A DNA stretch of 64,000 nucleotides from Penicillus capitatus (Eukaryota > Plantae > Chlorophyta): the NCBI GenBank assembly GCA_965649825.1, contig OZ287699.1, positions 124,001-188,000 of the forward strand, in the 5' to 3' direction. The notes below the pieces were generated by a model. The model was not told where the DNA came from, made no database searches, and saw only the letters and a program-made list of their open reading frames with translations. The first letter of the stretch is position 1. Each line of letters opens with the position of its first letter. Below, piece by piece: positions 14,771 through 26,300 of the stretch. A program made the translations under genes and the position numbers.

Positions 14771-16271
14771 GATTATCTTCTTGCTCTGATAACTCTTTAT
14801 ATATTCTTTGTCAGGACTGCTTGACCTGTCCTTTTTCAAGAAGGGTGTCTTGAATCAGATGGTGGCTTCTGCGCCACGGTTGTCTAGGATTTATTCAAAA
14901 ATAGCCTTGCATTGTTTTTGCTATCCTGCCGACCGTGCAGTTTGGGAATGTTATCTTTTCTACGGTATCGATTAATGTATATGAGGGCACTGGCAGTGAG
15001 ATACTGTAACTTGAACAAGTCGACATTCGAACCTTATGAGATGCTGTTTGTTTGAAAGATCTATGCAAAAGAATTCATGATACACTCACTGTGTGGTTCG
15101 ATGTCTCCATCGAGCCCCTCGAGAGACACAGGAGTGGTGATCTGTCCGGAATTGAGATCGATTCTTAGTCCCATCCACCGCACAATGCCGTCAGTGATCT
15201 TCTGCCTGGATAATTCTTAAGGGTAAAGGCGATGGTGTCTTTCCTAGATGTGATGTTTCATTACAATCATTGTTCTTCAGCAAGGTAGTGTGCAAAGTGT
15301 TATCCTGTTTCTTAGGTGGTGCTCCTTTGCTCAAGACTGTAGAGCAGCTTTGTTGATTCGGAGGTTCTCAACGAGAGTTTATTCGTCGTTACAGCATTCG
15401 CCTCTTCACTGGCGTTGCGTTTAACCGATTTCATCAAAAAGACTCGTCCAATTCGGCAATCTGCTAATATCGAGCAACCGCACCTGGTATCTATCTGCGG
15501 TTGTTTATCAATGTTTCCCGTCCACAAAACTTCCTGCATTCCGTTCGATACGGTAAAGCCAAGTCTTGTTTAAAGAACAGTCCTGTGATTTGCCTTTCGC
15601 AGAACGACGCCTCAAGCAACGGCGAGTCTCTGGACCGCGTAGAAATGGCCGACGGTTCTCTTGCCGACCCGGAGCGTTCTGAATGTCCAAAAGGAACGAA
15701 AAGCGTGTTCAGATTCGCCAAGACGGTAAGGGTGTCAAACACATCAGTGCATGCCGACTCGGTACGCGTTTCCCAGTGTATCCGTTATGCGGCTTTCAAA
15801 GAAGGAATATTAACCGAAATGGACATGGAGAGACGTTTCAGAGACAAGGCTTGGATGCTTTGTCAAATGGAGGCTTTCGAGAGGAAAAACGTGACAGGCG
15901 GCGAGAGACGCAATGAAGCGTCTCGGCGAGTCGAGGTAAGCGAAAACCGTGCGCTTTTGCCGACTGAGAGTTAAGCGGCTTTCTCCAGGCGCTCCAACGC
16001 AATGGCTGCGAAAAGAGTTCGAATGGCGCCAGTGCCTATCTAGCTTTTAAGGTGATTCACACTTCACAAGTCAATCATATAATAACTCCATGTTCGACAG
16101 TTGTGGGATTCTGTGAGTGTCGCCAATAAGTCTCAGTCATATATTCCTCGTTTGAGCTGCCCTCTGCAGGCTTCAGATGCCTTCGCCAAAAGATTTAATC
16201 GTAAACGGGTCGTAAGCGCTAAACCTTGCGTGCATACGGGCGCCGCCCTTAAGAACTGGCCCTCGGTACAT

Positions 16272-19200
16272 ATGGCTTTACCATCATTCCGTCCGACAAA
16301 GTGTCCTCCTCCTCTAACTGTTCTTCCCGCATGCAGCCAGGTATTCTGATTTTTGCGTCGTTTTGGCTTTGAGCTCTCTCCTCAGGTAAACCACGAAAAG
16401 ATCTGCGAAGTTGAGATCGAGGGGCACGGCCTCGTGCAAATCTTTCAAGAAGCAGGATGGTTTGAAGGAAAGATTGTGGAGCGAACAAAGCACTTTTCGA
16501 AGACTTCGACAGTTCCACTCTACTGCGAGGGTCTCCGCGATCCAAAGGAAGCGACGAGAAACCTAATGTACTTGCCACAGAGTGCTCTGCGTCGTCGCAT
16601 CCATATTCTGTCCGATCGAGCTCGAGGCGTCGACAGATTTATCTTTGTGGGCAAACTAGGGCTTCGGGGCGGCGGGAACGGAGAAGCCTCATCCAGCAGT
16701 GATGCTCATGGATACCAGACTGCCGCCGAAGACACTGTTTCTCGATCAGTGATCAGAGGGACTTTTACTCGCACGAATAGCTCGATCATTAGGAAGATCC
16801 TTGTCGGAAGACGATACCATTGTCTGGAGGAAGTGGTGAATGGGTACAACGAAGCGGACGATGTGCAAGAGAGGAATGGCCTGGCCATGGTAATGCGGAA
16901 AGTCCTCTCCGCCTTCCATGGCATGCCTGTCCGAGAAGTGACGGACAATCGCGGGGCGGCGGTCCGAGAGTACCTTCTCCTTTGCAGACTCAAAGGCACG
17001 GGCGACAAGCACCTGCTTCTTCTAAGAGACTTCTTCGACAGCCTTCGCGACAAGTTGTGCAACGACGCTCTCCACAGCAGATATCTGATCGAGGCAGTGG
17101 AGCACGCGCTTCAGAATGTCGACAACGAGATCTTTGAGGATAATCCGAACAGCCTCCTCCAGCTCTCTCAGTTTGTGATAGACGAGTTTAATCCTCAGCG
17201 AATGTGCTTCTCGAGAGAGATGTTTCCAGTGCAATGCAGCGCTCTACACGTTGTGCATCAGTGTTTAAGGATCCTCTTCGACATCGGCTCGAACGGCTGG
17301 GATCCGAACAAACCCGACGGGCTGTACGCCAAGTTCAAAGACTGGAGTCAGGGCGTGATCGATGCCGCAGAGCACTATCCGGCGAAGTACCAGGCGATGC
17401 TGGTGCAACAGAGCTTGAGCTTCTTGCAGTCATCCAAGCGAGGCGTCCGCATTGCGAACAACGCAAGGCGCATTGCCAACCTCGTTTACGGCACGGTGGG
17501 AGTCTGCCAAGCAGTGCGGAACGCCGTCCTTCTCGACTTCGATCTCGGTAACGTGGAGTCCACGGCGAGTGCACTGGCTCGCGCGAGAGAAAACCGAATC
17601 GTTCGCGAAGAGCAATGGTACAAGTGCCTTTATGCCCTTGACACTGTGCGCTTTGCGGCTATCGAAGATCCATCCGCATTTGGACAATTCAGCGAGCTCC
17701 TTTCATCTCTCGTTCTCGAGGAAGAAGGATCCACTTGTGAACAATGCAAGGTTCTGAGGTTCGGCGTGGTGGAAATGTTGACAAGCCTGGCCATCCACGG
17801 AAAGGACGACATTGTTCGTAGAGAGAGCGCCGCCTCTCTGGCAGACCTCGTCGAACCAAGAGACAGGTGGGACTGGTTGAGCGACGCCGATCTCTTCTTG
17901 GAGATGCTCGACAACCTGGCAGAGCTTAGCGCCAGAGGTCGCGAGCCGGAAAAACAAATAGCGCGGGAAGCAATAGAAAAATTGGCGTCGACTGTGCACG
18001 ACGGGTTGTGCGAAGGTCTTCTTTCGAAGTGGCTCGGAGGGAAGACAGTCAAGGAAAGGATCCAATCGGTCATGTCCGTCCGTTCAGAGAAAACCGGCAA
18101 CGAGCTGTTCACTCAAGTGTGGAAAAGTCTCGAAGGCGAATTGTCGCGTGCATCTACCGAAGTCCGTTCTCCGGCGAAGAATCATCACTATTTGTTTTCG
18201 CCTCTCATCGTTCGTCATTTCGCCGGGAGAGAGAGCGAGTACACGGAGCTTATCAAAGCGTTCGAATCGAGCACAGAACCAGTGGTCGTCAAAGCAGTCG
18301 TCGGCCCAGGTGGCATAGGAAAGTCTCAGCTCGCGGCGAAGGTGTTCGAACATCTAAAGAACACGAGCAGCTATGCGAACGATTTCTGGATCCCATCGGA
18401 CTCCACGGAAGGCCTCCAAGCTGCTTTCTTGCAGATCGCAGACTACTTGGAACTTCGGACGGACGTCGAGATACCGAAGGTGGTCAGAAGTGTTCACGAG
18501 GAGCTTAGAAAATCGCGCTCTCTATTCGTTTTTGACAACGCGCCAGATCTCAAATCAATTCGAGAGTATCTTCCGTTTGTAAATGGACATGTTATTGTCA
18601 CGACGAGGGACAGTGGAGCAAGGGACTGGTTACGTGACATGGTTCGACTAGATCCATTCAACAAAATTGAAGCGCAAGATCTGGCAGAGAAATATGGATT
18701 CGGCGATAAAACGCATGTGAAGGATTTGGAGGAATTGTTCGACGCGTTACCGCAATACCCATTGGCACTTACGCAGTTCTTCTCGATGATGACGGACAAA
18801 AAGCCGTCAAGTCCTGCCGAATGGTTGAATGAAGTGCAAAAATATAATCCCTCGAGAAGGGAAGCTGACATCATGAAAAAGCTCTCTGCAGAGAAAGACA
18901 GTGCAGAAGCAAGGGGAATGGTTTTCGTATTCAATTCAAGCGCACAGAAGATCTCAGAAGAACCCGACGATCTAGGACCGAGTTCCCTCGACCTTTTCTC
19001 CAAGCTAGTACTCCTGGACCCGAACGGAGTGCCCATCGAGTGGGTTTACAAGTGGCTTGGATCTGAGGACGAACAATCAAGAACGACGACAAAGGGATCC
19101 GTAAGGCTCCTCGAACGCTTCTCCTATGTCTCCTGGGACAGAGAGAACAACAAGATCTTCATCCACGCGGAAACACAGCTTCTAGCGCGACACCTTTTGC

Positions 19201-21878
19201 TGGACATTGGTGAGACTGTTTCTGAAACGAATGAAGCGAGCGAAGAACAGACGAATAGGAAGCTCACAGATCATGTCAGAGTCATAGTGCATTCAATCGA
19301 CGAATACGTTAGCAACTGGAGAACGGATCGTTCGAACAGAGATCTTTGGACCTCACTTGCCCAAAACCTGTCAGCGCTTCTGAAACACTCCGAGAATTGC
19401 ACGGATCTCGACGTACAGCTCAAGCTGACTGGATACATGTCAACAGCATACGCAAAAATGTGTATGTTCACCAAATCGCTTTCATACTCCCAAAAAGCGC
19501 TAGAGATATGCGAGCGTCTTCACAAAAACGTGGACCATCAAGAGCTTGTTGACTGTATCAAACGGTATTCCGTCGGACTCTCGAAAGTGGGAAGAGACAA
19601 AGAAGCTTTGCCGTTCGACAAGCGGGCTCTTGAGATGTGCCAAAGACTCCACAGCGAGGCGGGCCATCAAGACATCGTCGAGTGCATCACCAACTACGCC
19701 AATGGACTCGCAAGAGCGAGAAGAGATATCGAAGCTCTTCCGCTCCTGAGAAACGCTTTCGAGATGTGTTTGCGTCTTGGCGACGCAGTCGATCAGGACC
19801 TCCTCATCCATTGCATCAGAAATTACGCCGTCGGACTTTCCAAAGTGGGAAGAGAGATCGAAGCTTTGGAGTTCCGCCAAAAAGCGCTCAGAATGTGCGA
19901 GGAACGTCACAAAGGCGCAGACCATCCAGACCTCGTTGACTGCATCAGAACTTACGCCGTCGGACTTTCTAAACTGATAAGTCACAAAAAAGCTCTGTCA
20001 TTCTACAAAACGGCATTGGAGATGTGCAAGCGCCTTCAGAACGACGAGGACCACCCGGACCTCGTCGAGTGCATCAGGAGCTACTCCGATGGACTCTTAA
20101 GTGTTGGAAGATACGACGAAGCTCTACCGCTCCACAGGAAGGCTTTGGAGATGTGTGAGCGTCTTCACGACGACACGGACCATCCGGCCCTCGTCGAGTG
20201 CTACATAAACTACGCCAACGGACTCGATAGAGCGGGAAGAGACGATGAAGCTGTGCCGTTCTTCTTGAAAGCTCTGGAGATGTGCAAGCGCTTTTACGGC
20301 GACACGGACCATCCGGCCCTCGTCGAGTGCTACATAAACTACGCCAACGGACTCGCAAGTGCGAGAAGATACGATAAAGCTGTGCCGTTCTTCTTGAAAG
20401 CTCTGAAGATGTGCGAGCGTCTTCACGGCGACACGGACCATCCGGCCCTCGTCGAGTGCTACATAAACTACGCCAACGGACTCGCAAGTGCGAGAAGAGA
20501 CGATGAAGCTGTGTCGTTCTTCTTGAAAGCTCTGAAGATGTGCGAGCGTCTTCACGGCGACACGGACCATCCGACCCTCGTCAAGTGCTACATAAACTGC
20601 GCCAACGGAATCGATAGAGCGAGAAGATACGATAAAGCTGTGCCGCTCTTCTTGAAAGCTCTGGAGATGTGCGAGCGCCTTCTCGGCGAAGCCCGCGATT
20701 CACACTTCGACGCTTATTACCTCATGATTGACATTATTCAGTACGCCAACCAACTCGCAAGTTGGAGAAGAGACGACGATGAAGCTGTGCCGCTCTTCTT
20801 GAAAGTTCTGGAGATGTGTGAGCGCCTTCTCGGCGACGCGCGCAATTCGGATTCGGTTAAAGACTTCATGAAAAATGTCCACATTGATAAAATGGTCAGA
20901 AGAAGAGAGGAAGCTTTACCGCTCGGCAAGAAGGCTCTCGAGATATGCGAGCGGCTTTACGGCGACGCGGACGATCCGGACCTCGTCAAGTGCTACGCAC
21001 AGTACGCCAGCGGACTCGCAAGTGCGAGAAGAGACGATGAAGCTGTGCCGCTCTTCTTGAAAGCTCTGGAGATGTGTGAGCGCCTTCTCGGCGACGCGCG
21101 CAATTCGGATTCGGTTAAACGCTTCATGAATTATGTCCACATGGATAAAATGGTCAGAAGAAGAGAGGAAGCCTTACCGCTCGGCAAGAAGGCTCTCGAG
21201 ATATGCGAGCGGCTTTACGGCGACGCGGACCATCCGGCCCTCGTCAAGTGCTACGCACAGTACGCCAGCGGACTCGCAAGTGCGAGAAGAGACGATGAAG
21301 CTGTGCCGTTCTTCTTGAAAGCTCTGGAGATGTGCGAGCGTCTTCACGGCGACATGGACCATCCGGCCCTCGTCGAGTGCTACGCACAGTACGCCAGCGG
21401 ACTCGCAAGTGCGAGAAGAGACGATGAAGCTGTGCCGTTCTTCTTGAAAGCTCTGGAGATGTGCGAGCGTCTTCACGGCGACATGGACCATCCGGCCCTC
21501 GTCGAGTGCTACATAAACTACGCCAACGGACTCTCTGGAGCGGGAAGATTCGACGACGAAGCTTTGACGGTTTACAAGCGAGCCATCGAGATGTGCGAGC
21601 GCATTCACGGAGACGCGGACCATCCGGACCTGTTTCGATGCATCCAGAACTACGCCAACGGACTCTCTGGAGCGGGAAGATTCGACGACGAAGCTTTGAC
21701 GGTTTACAAGCGAGCCATCGAGATGTGCGAGCGCATTCACGGAGACGCGGACCATCCGGACCTGTTTCGATGCATCCAGAACTACGCCGCCGGACTCTCT
21801 GGAGCGGGAAGATACTTTAAAGCATGGATTTTTGCAAGAAAAGCGGAAAAAATCCGTAAACGACTGTTCAGCAAATAA
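16272..21878 (+). CDS. NB-ARC/STAND NTPase with about 18 TPR repeats (NLR-like), with N-terminal leader and helical (ARM-like) domains
   Basis: 5.5-kb uninterrupted ORF 16353-21878. Walker A GPGGIGKS, Walker B LFVFDNA, GHVIVTTRD, YPLALTQ, then 43-aa TPRs (ALEMCERLHGDxDHPALVECY). Probable short first exon 16272-16340 and a 45-nt GT-AG intron 16341-16385 join in frame. Confidence 0.92.
19490..21840 (+). repeat. Coding tandem array of 129-bp TPR units, including a 258-bp two-unit duplication and a near-perfect terminal 132-bp pair
   Basis: catccggccc recurs at 20181 and 20310 (129 bp apart); ctggagatgtgtgagcgcc at 20808 and 21066 (258 bp); cgggaagattcgacgacgaa at 21541 and 21673 (132 bp). Confidence 0.95.
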
Positions 21879-22049
21879 ACAATCTAGATTCTGTTTCGTT
21901 GATTGGTTCTTATTTTGTTTAATTTTGTGTGCACGTGTCGGAAGGGTAAGCCGCTAACGGCGCCTTCACAGAGAACAGTCGACGGCAAACGAGACGTTCG
22001 CGTTACAGATGACGCTAAAAGGTTCCATTTATTCGGAAGCGACAGCACG

Positions 22050-22340
22050 TGTCAGACTAAATGAGCACAATGAAGGCATCTCGATTGTATAAGGGAAGTC
22101 ACATCAGAACCTCTAACACTATAAAAGGGGATAATTGCGTTGTTTACGCCATTCTGTTTTAAGGTCTTTCGCTGATGCGTATGTTTGTTCATCAACAACG
22201 CGACAGCACGCTAGATGCATAATCTCAATATCGACTAGGGTACTGTCATGATGCTGAAGGACAGAAGAGGAAAAGCCAGCCCGAATGATGACATGTTCGA
22301 TTATAAAATGGGGGTCTGAACGGACAATTTGTCTGTTTGT
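22050..22340 (+). repeat. Two further degenerate TATA-module units in tandem with copy C
   Basis: TATAAAAGGGG at 22120 and TATAAAATGGGG at 22302; tactgtcaYgatg..gacagaaRaggaaa and atgaNNNcatgtYcgaWtataaaa shared with copy C; spacing about 180-210 bp. Confidence 0.5.
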
Positions 22341-22408
22341 TGAAGCAAGGTTTTCACTGTTCGTCGAAGTCGATACAGTTCGCGTACTACGCCGCACTAC
22401 GCTACAGT

Positions 22409-22590
22409 ACTGTCACGATGATGAGAGACAGAAAAGGAAAGAGTCCGGAAACGTCACATCCCTACAAGTGACTTGATGATGTCATGACGCGAAGCATGAT
22501 GTCATGTCCGAATATAAAAGGGTTTTGGAAAAAACAGCAAACGTATTATTTAAAAGAAAGTCTGTTCTGTTTGTTTCCACATTTGCGCGT
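22409..22590 (+). promoter_or_regulatory. Promoter-like module copy C, facing copy A
   Basis: CATGACGCGAAGCATG, TATAAAAG at 22513, and a TTTAAAAG..CTGTTTGTTTCCAC leader, as in copies A and B. Confidence 0.6.
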
Positions 22591-22890
22591 ATCAATGCGC
22601 GCTGCTTGCATTTTTGACGGTCATTGATTCTGCTATAAGGTACCTCATTGTTGTATCCGAGCCTTGCGTGATCGTTTTGTGGTGACGGTAAGCCTTTGAG
22701 CTTTTATGAGTGTTTGTGTTAAAGGAGATGCAACCGAGCTGACGAAGTGCCGGGCTGCTGATCTCACATTAGGCTTCTTATGAATCAGAAGATCATTCAG
22801 TTGTTTGGTGGGCATGATGTAAAATAGTGTCACGCGAATGTTGTATGTGCAAACGGACGTGCGTAAAGCAGACAGTGGTTTTTAAAGTTG

Positions 22891-23229
22891 TGTCAGGGAT
22901 CGATGTAACAATGTGTTCAGTAAGAGTCGAGTCCTTGCGCGTCGAGGCGATAGAAACACAATCAGATTCGATATGATACGAACAGGAGTTGTTACAAGGT
23001 GAATTGTCGACCTTATATACCCAAGGTGGTTATGGACTTCCTACCCTTACGTCCTAACAGCTGCGAACTCCTAGTGCATGCAGCATAACCACATCCCTTA
23101 CGTTATGGGGAAGTTAGGTCGGGAGCCGAAATCCGTCGCGACCGATGGTCAGCGCGCCTGGATGGTTATGTGACGGCTCCACCGCTTCCGGTGGCTACAC
23201 AGATGACAGTTAGAGGTTCATTTCCTACA
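22891..23229 (-). repeat. 3' LTR of the Gypsy element
   Basis: Identical by eye to 27799-28137; contains TATATAAGG on the minus strand. Confidence 0.97.
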
Positions 23230-23336
23230 GTGACTCCTCCTCACTTAACACGTCACGTCTCGACGTTTAAGTGACACAGAATGAACAAAAGACACACTCA
23301 GGTAAAGGGTAGAACCATTTGAGCGTTATGAAGAAT

Positions 23337-26300
23337 TTATTGGGGAGCGATCCACGGCTTCACGCAGAACTGCGGGACTCTCTTTGCGCGGTCTCCAACC
23401 CGAACTCTGCATGCCCCTTGATTGCCCCACCACGTCACGACGCCCTTCTCGAATGCTGCCTCCAATTTCCCATGGTCTTCGAGTCGGTAGACGCGAACCT
23501 CCTTTCCAGGCTCGATGCGTGGAAGGGTGGCTTCCGCAGTCCAGGACTCGCGGATCTTCCTCGCGGAATCTCGAAAACGCTCGCGACCAAGAGCGAGACC
23601 GGTCAGACGGTCCGCAAGGGCGGTCTGCAAGGGCTCCGCATCCCCTTTGCTTTCGCCGGCCAACAGGTTCACCTCGGTACGGCTTTTCGGCACGACCCCT
23701 GAGAGGGGCTCAAGTGGCGAGAGAAACTTCCCTCGACGGGCGTTCACAGCGAACGTCGCAACCGGGAGATTCTCGTCCCAGCTTCGCGGGTTTGGGCACT
23801 TTCTCAGGCGGTCAAGAATGAGGCGCTGCACGTTCTCGACCTTGCCATGGCTGCGGGGGTATCGTGGCGTGGACCATCGATGCTCAATTCTCAGGCCCTT
23901 CACTGTCTGGTCGAAAACACCCTGGAATTCCGTTCCATTGTCCGTCAGGATTCTCTGCGGCACACCCCAAGCACAAATGACTTTATTTATGAAAAACTTG
24001 AGGGTCTTTGCAGCTCCCAAGGACGTCAACGCATCGGTTATCACGAACCCGGTGAAGCAGTCGATCGCCGTGACGAATCCTACAGCCTTCCTTGGCGTCG
24101 CCGGCAAGCCGACGACCGTGTCCAACTCAACCAGCTCCCATGGTTCCTCGACGGCAATGGGGATGGTGCTACGAATGGGCGGCTTGGGACCGAACAGCTG
24201 GCAGGTCTGACAAGTCTTCACGAGGTCTTGCACTTTCTTGCGCATCTTCGGAAACCAGTACCGGTGTCTGACGCGCTGCAGAGTTATTTCAGCGGAGAAG
24301 TGTCCGAGGCAATGTTCCTCGGAGATCACCGCGCGGACTTGGTGCGGCAGCAGGCAAATCTTGCGCCGTCCATCCAAGTCTTCATAGAAAAGATTTCTCT
24401 CACCCCATCGGTAACGACTGTCCGGTTCGTGGGCTGTTGAGAGGGCTTCTGCGTATTCTGGACAGGCCTGGAACGCCGCAGCAACGTCTTCGGCTACGAG
24501 GGCAGGGCACTCGTCGCAGTCCTCTTCTTTATTGACTGGTCGTGGCGCCGAATCTTCGTCGACCAAACGGCTCAGTCCATCGGCGTTGCGGTGTCTTTCT
24601 CCGGGCCTTGTCACGTAATGGACGTCGTATTCTGACAGGATGAGCTTCCAACGGGCAATACGACCCGTCAGGTCTGTCTTGCGCAGCATGTGCGACAATG
24701 CAGCATGGTCGGTTCGGGCGATTACTTTGCGTCCTAGAACATAGACGCGGAACTTCTTGAGTCCAACGACCAAAGCCAACCCTTCTCGCTCGGTGGCCGA
24801 GTATCGCGTCTCCGCGTCCTTTAGGAGTCTGGAGTAGAAGTAGATCGGACGTTCCTCGCCCTCTCGCTCTTGGGATAGGACGGCGCCGATCCCGTACGCG
24901 CTGGCGTCTGTGTCGACAAGGAAGGGAAGGTTTTCGTCGACGGCAGCCAGGACTGCCCCGTCGACAAGGAGCTTCTTCAACTCCTCCAATGCGCTTTGTG
25001 CTTGGGCATTCCACACGAAATCCTGCCGCGTGGAGAGAAGGCTTGACAGGGGTGCGCTGATGCTTGCAAAGTTCTTCAAGAAACGGCGATAGTATGAGAA
25101 CATGCCGTAGAGGGACTGCAATTGTTTCCTGTCCACAGGGGAGGGCATCTTCGTGATTTTATTGACCTTGGCTTCGTCCATTCTCATCCCGTCAGGACAC
25201 AGGCGGTGTCCGAGGAAATCGACTTCTCGGTAGCCAATAAAGCACTTCTTCGGCTTCAACCTGAGTCCCCCGTCGCGACAATGTGCGAACACACGTCGCA
25301 AGTCTTCCACGATACCGGCTTCACTTTGGTGCGCGCAGCAGACGTCGTCAATGAAGACGCCGACTCGGTCCAGTCCGCCATAGACCTGCTCGACCAAACG
25401 AGAGTAGGCAGCGGGACCATTCATTACCCCAAAAGGGAGAACGAGCCAACAGAAGACACCGAAGCTCGTCGCAAACGCTGTCTTCAATACGGAGTCGGGA
25501 TGCAGCCCAAGGGAATAATATCCGCTGAATCCGTCGAGGGCCGAGTACCATGCGTGACCCATGACGCGGTCCAACAGGTCGTCCGCCCGTGGCAGTACGA
25601 ACTTGTCTGGAATAGTAGCGTCGTTGAGTCTCTGGTATGCACAGCAGAAGCGAAAAGTTCCATCTTTCTTCGGTGCAATGGTTATGGGCGACAGCCAGCG
25701 GTCCTTGCGCTTTGGGCAGCCGTATTGTCTCGCGGCTTCCTCCCAAGGCAAGATGAGTTTGGCTTCGAGTAGCTCGTCGATTTGGGCCTTGACGAACTCC
25801 ATTTCCTTTGGGGCCAATCTTCGCGTTCGACCACACCGCTTTGCGATTTCTCCTTGTCGCAGCTCAATTTCAAATTGCATGAGTGGTGTTCTGACCATGT
25901 CTTGAAAGGTCAGGGCAAAACAGTCTTCGTTTTCCACAATTAACGAGCGGACATTCGAAATCACCTCAGGCTTCAGATCAGGGCTTATGTGAATGTCATC
26001 AAGTACTTGGTCACTCAGGGCCATGAAACACTCTTCCTCCGAGTCATCATCTTCACTGCAGAGGGCGCGCATTTGCTCGAGAAACTCCTCCAGATCCGCC
26101 TCCACGTCAGATTCGCTCTGAACTTCGGACACATCGTCCGCGACCAGTTCCGGTTGTGTGAAGATCTTCCGTCCTTCGGGAAGAACCGTTATGCGCTTTG
26201 CGAGGCCAATGGTGTAGGTGCCGTCTTCGAAATTGGCTTGGGCGCGAACGGCGCGCAGCCAATCCATGCCCAACAAAACGTCGTATGAGTTCCTGGCGTT

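Noticed and set aside
15501-15974. 157-aa plus-strand ORF upstream of the NLR
   Set aside because: No recognisable motifs and no supported splice link to the NLR.
20074-21755. Long repetitive minus-strand ORFs (e.g. 20124-20570, 21174-21755)
   Set aside because: Antisense shadows of the TPR array.
19490-21840. Regular repeats as a possible CRISPR array
   Set aside because: Units are contiguous in-frame TPR codons with no unique spacers, there are no cas genes, and the context is eukaryotic.
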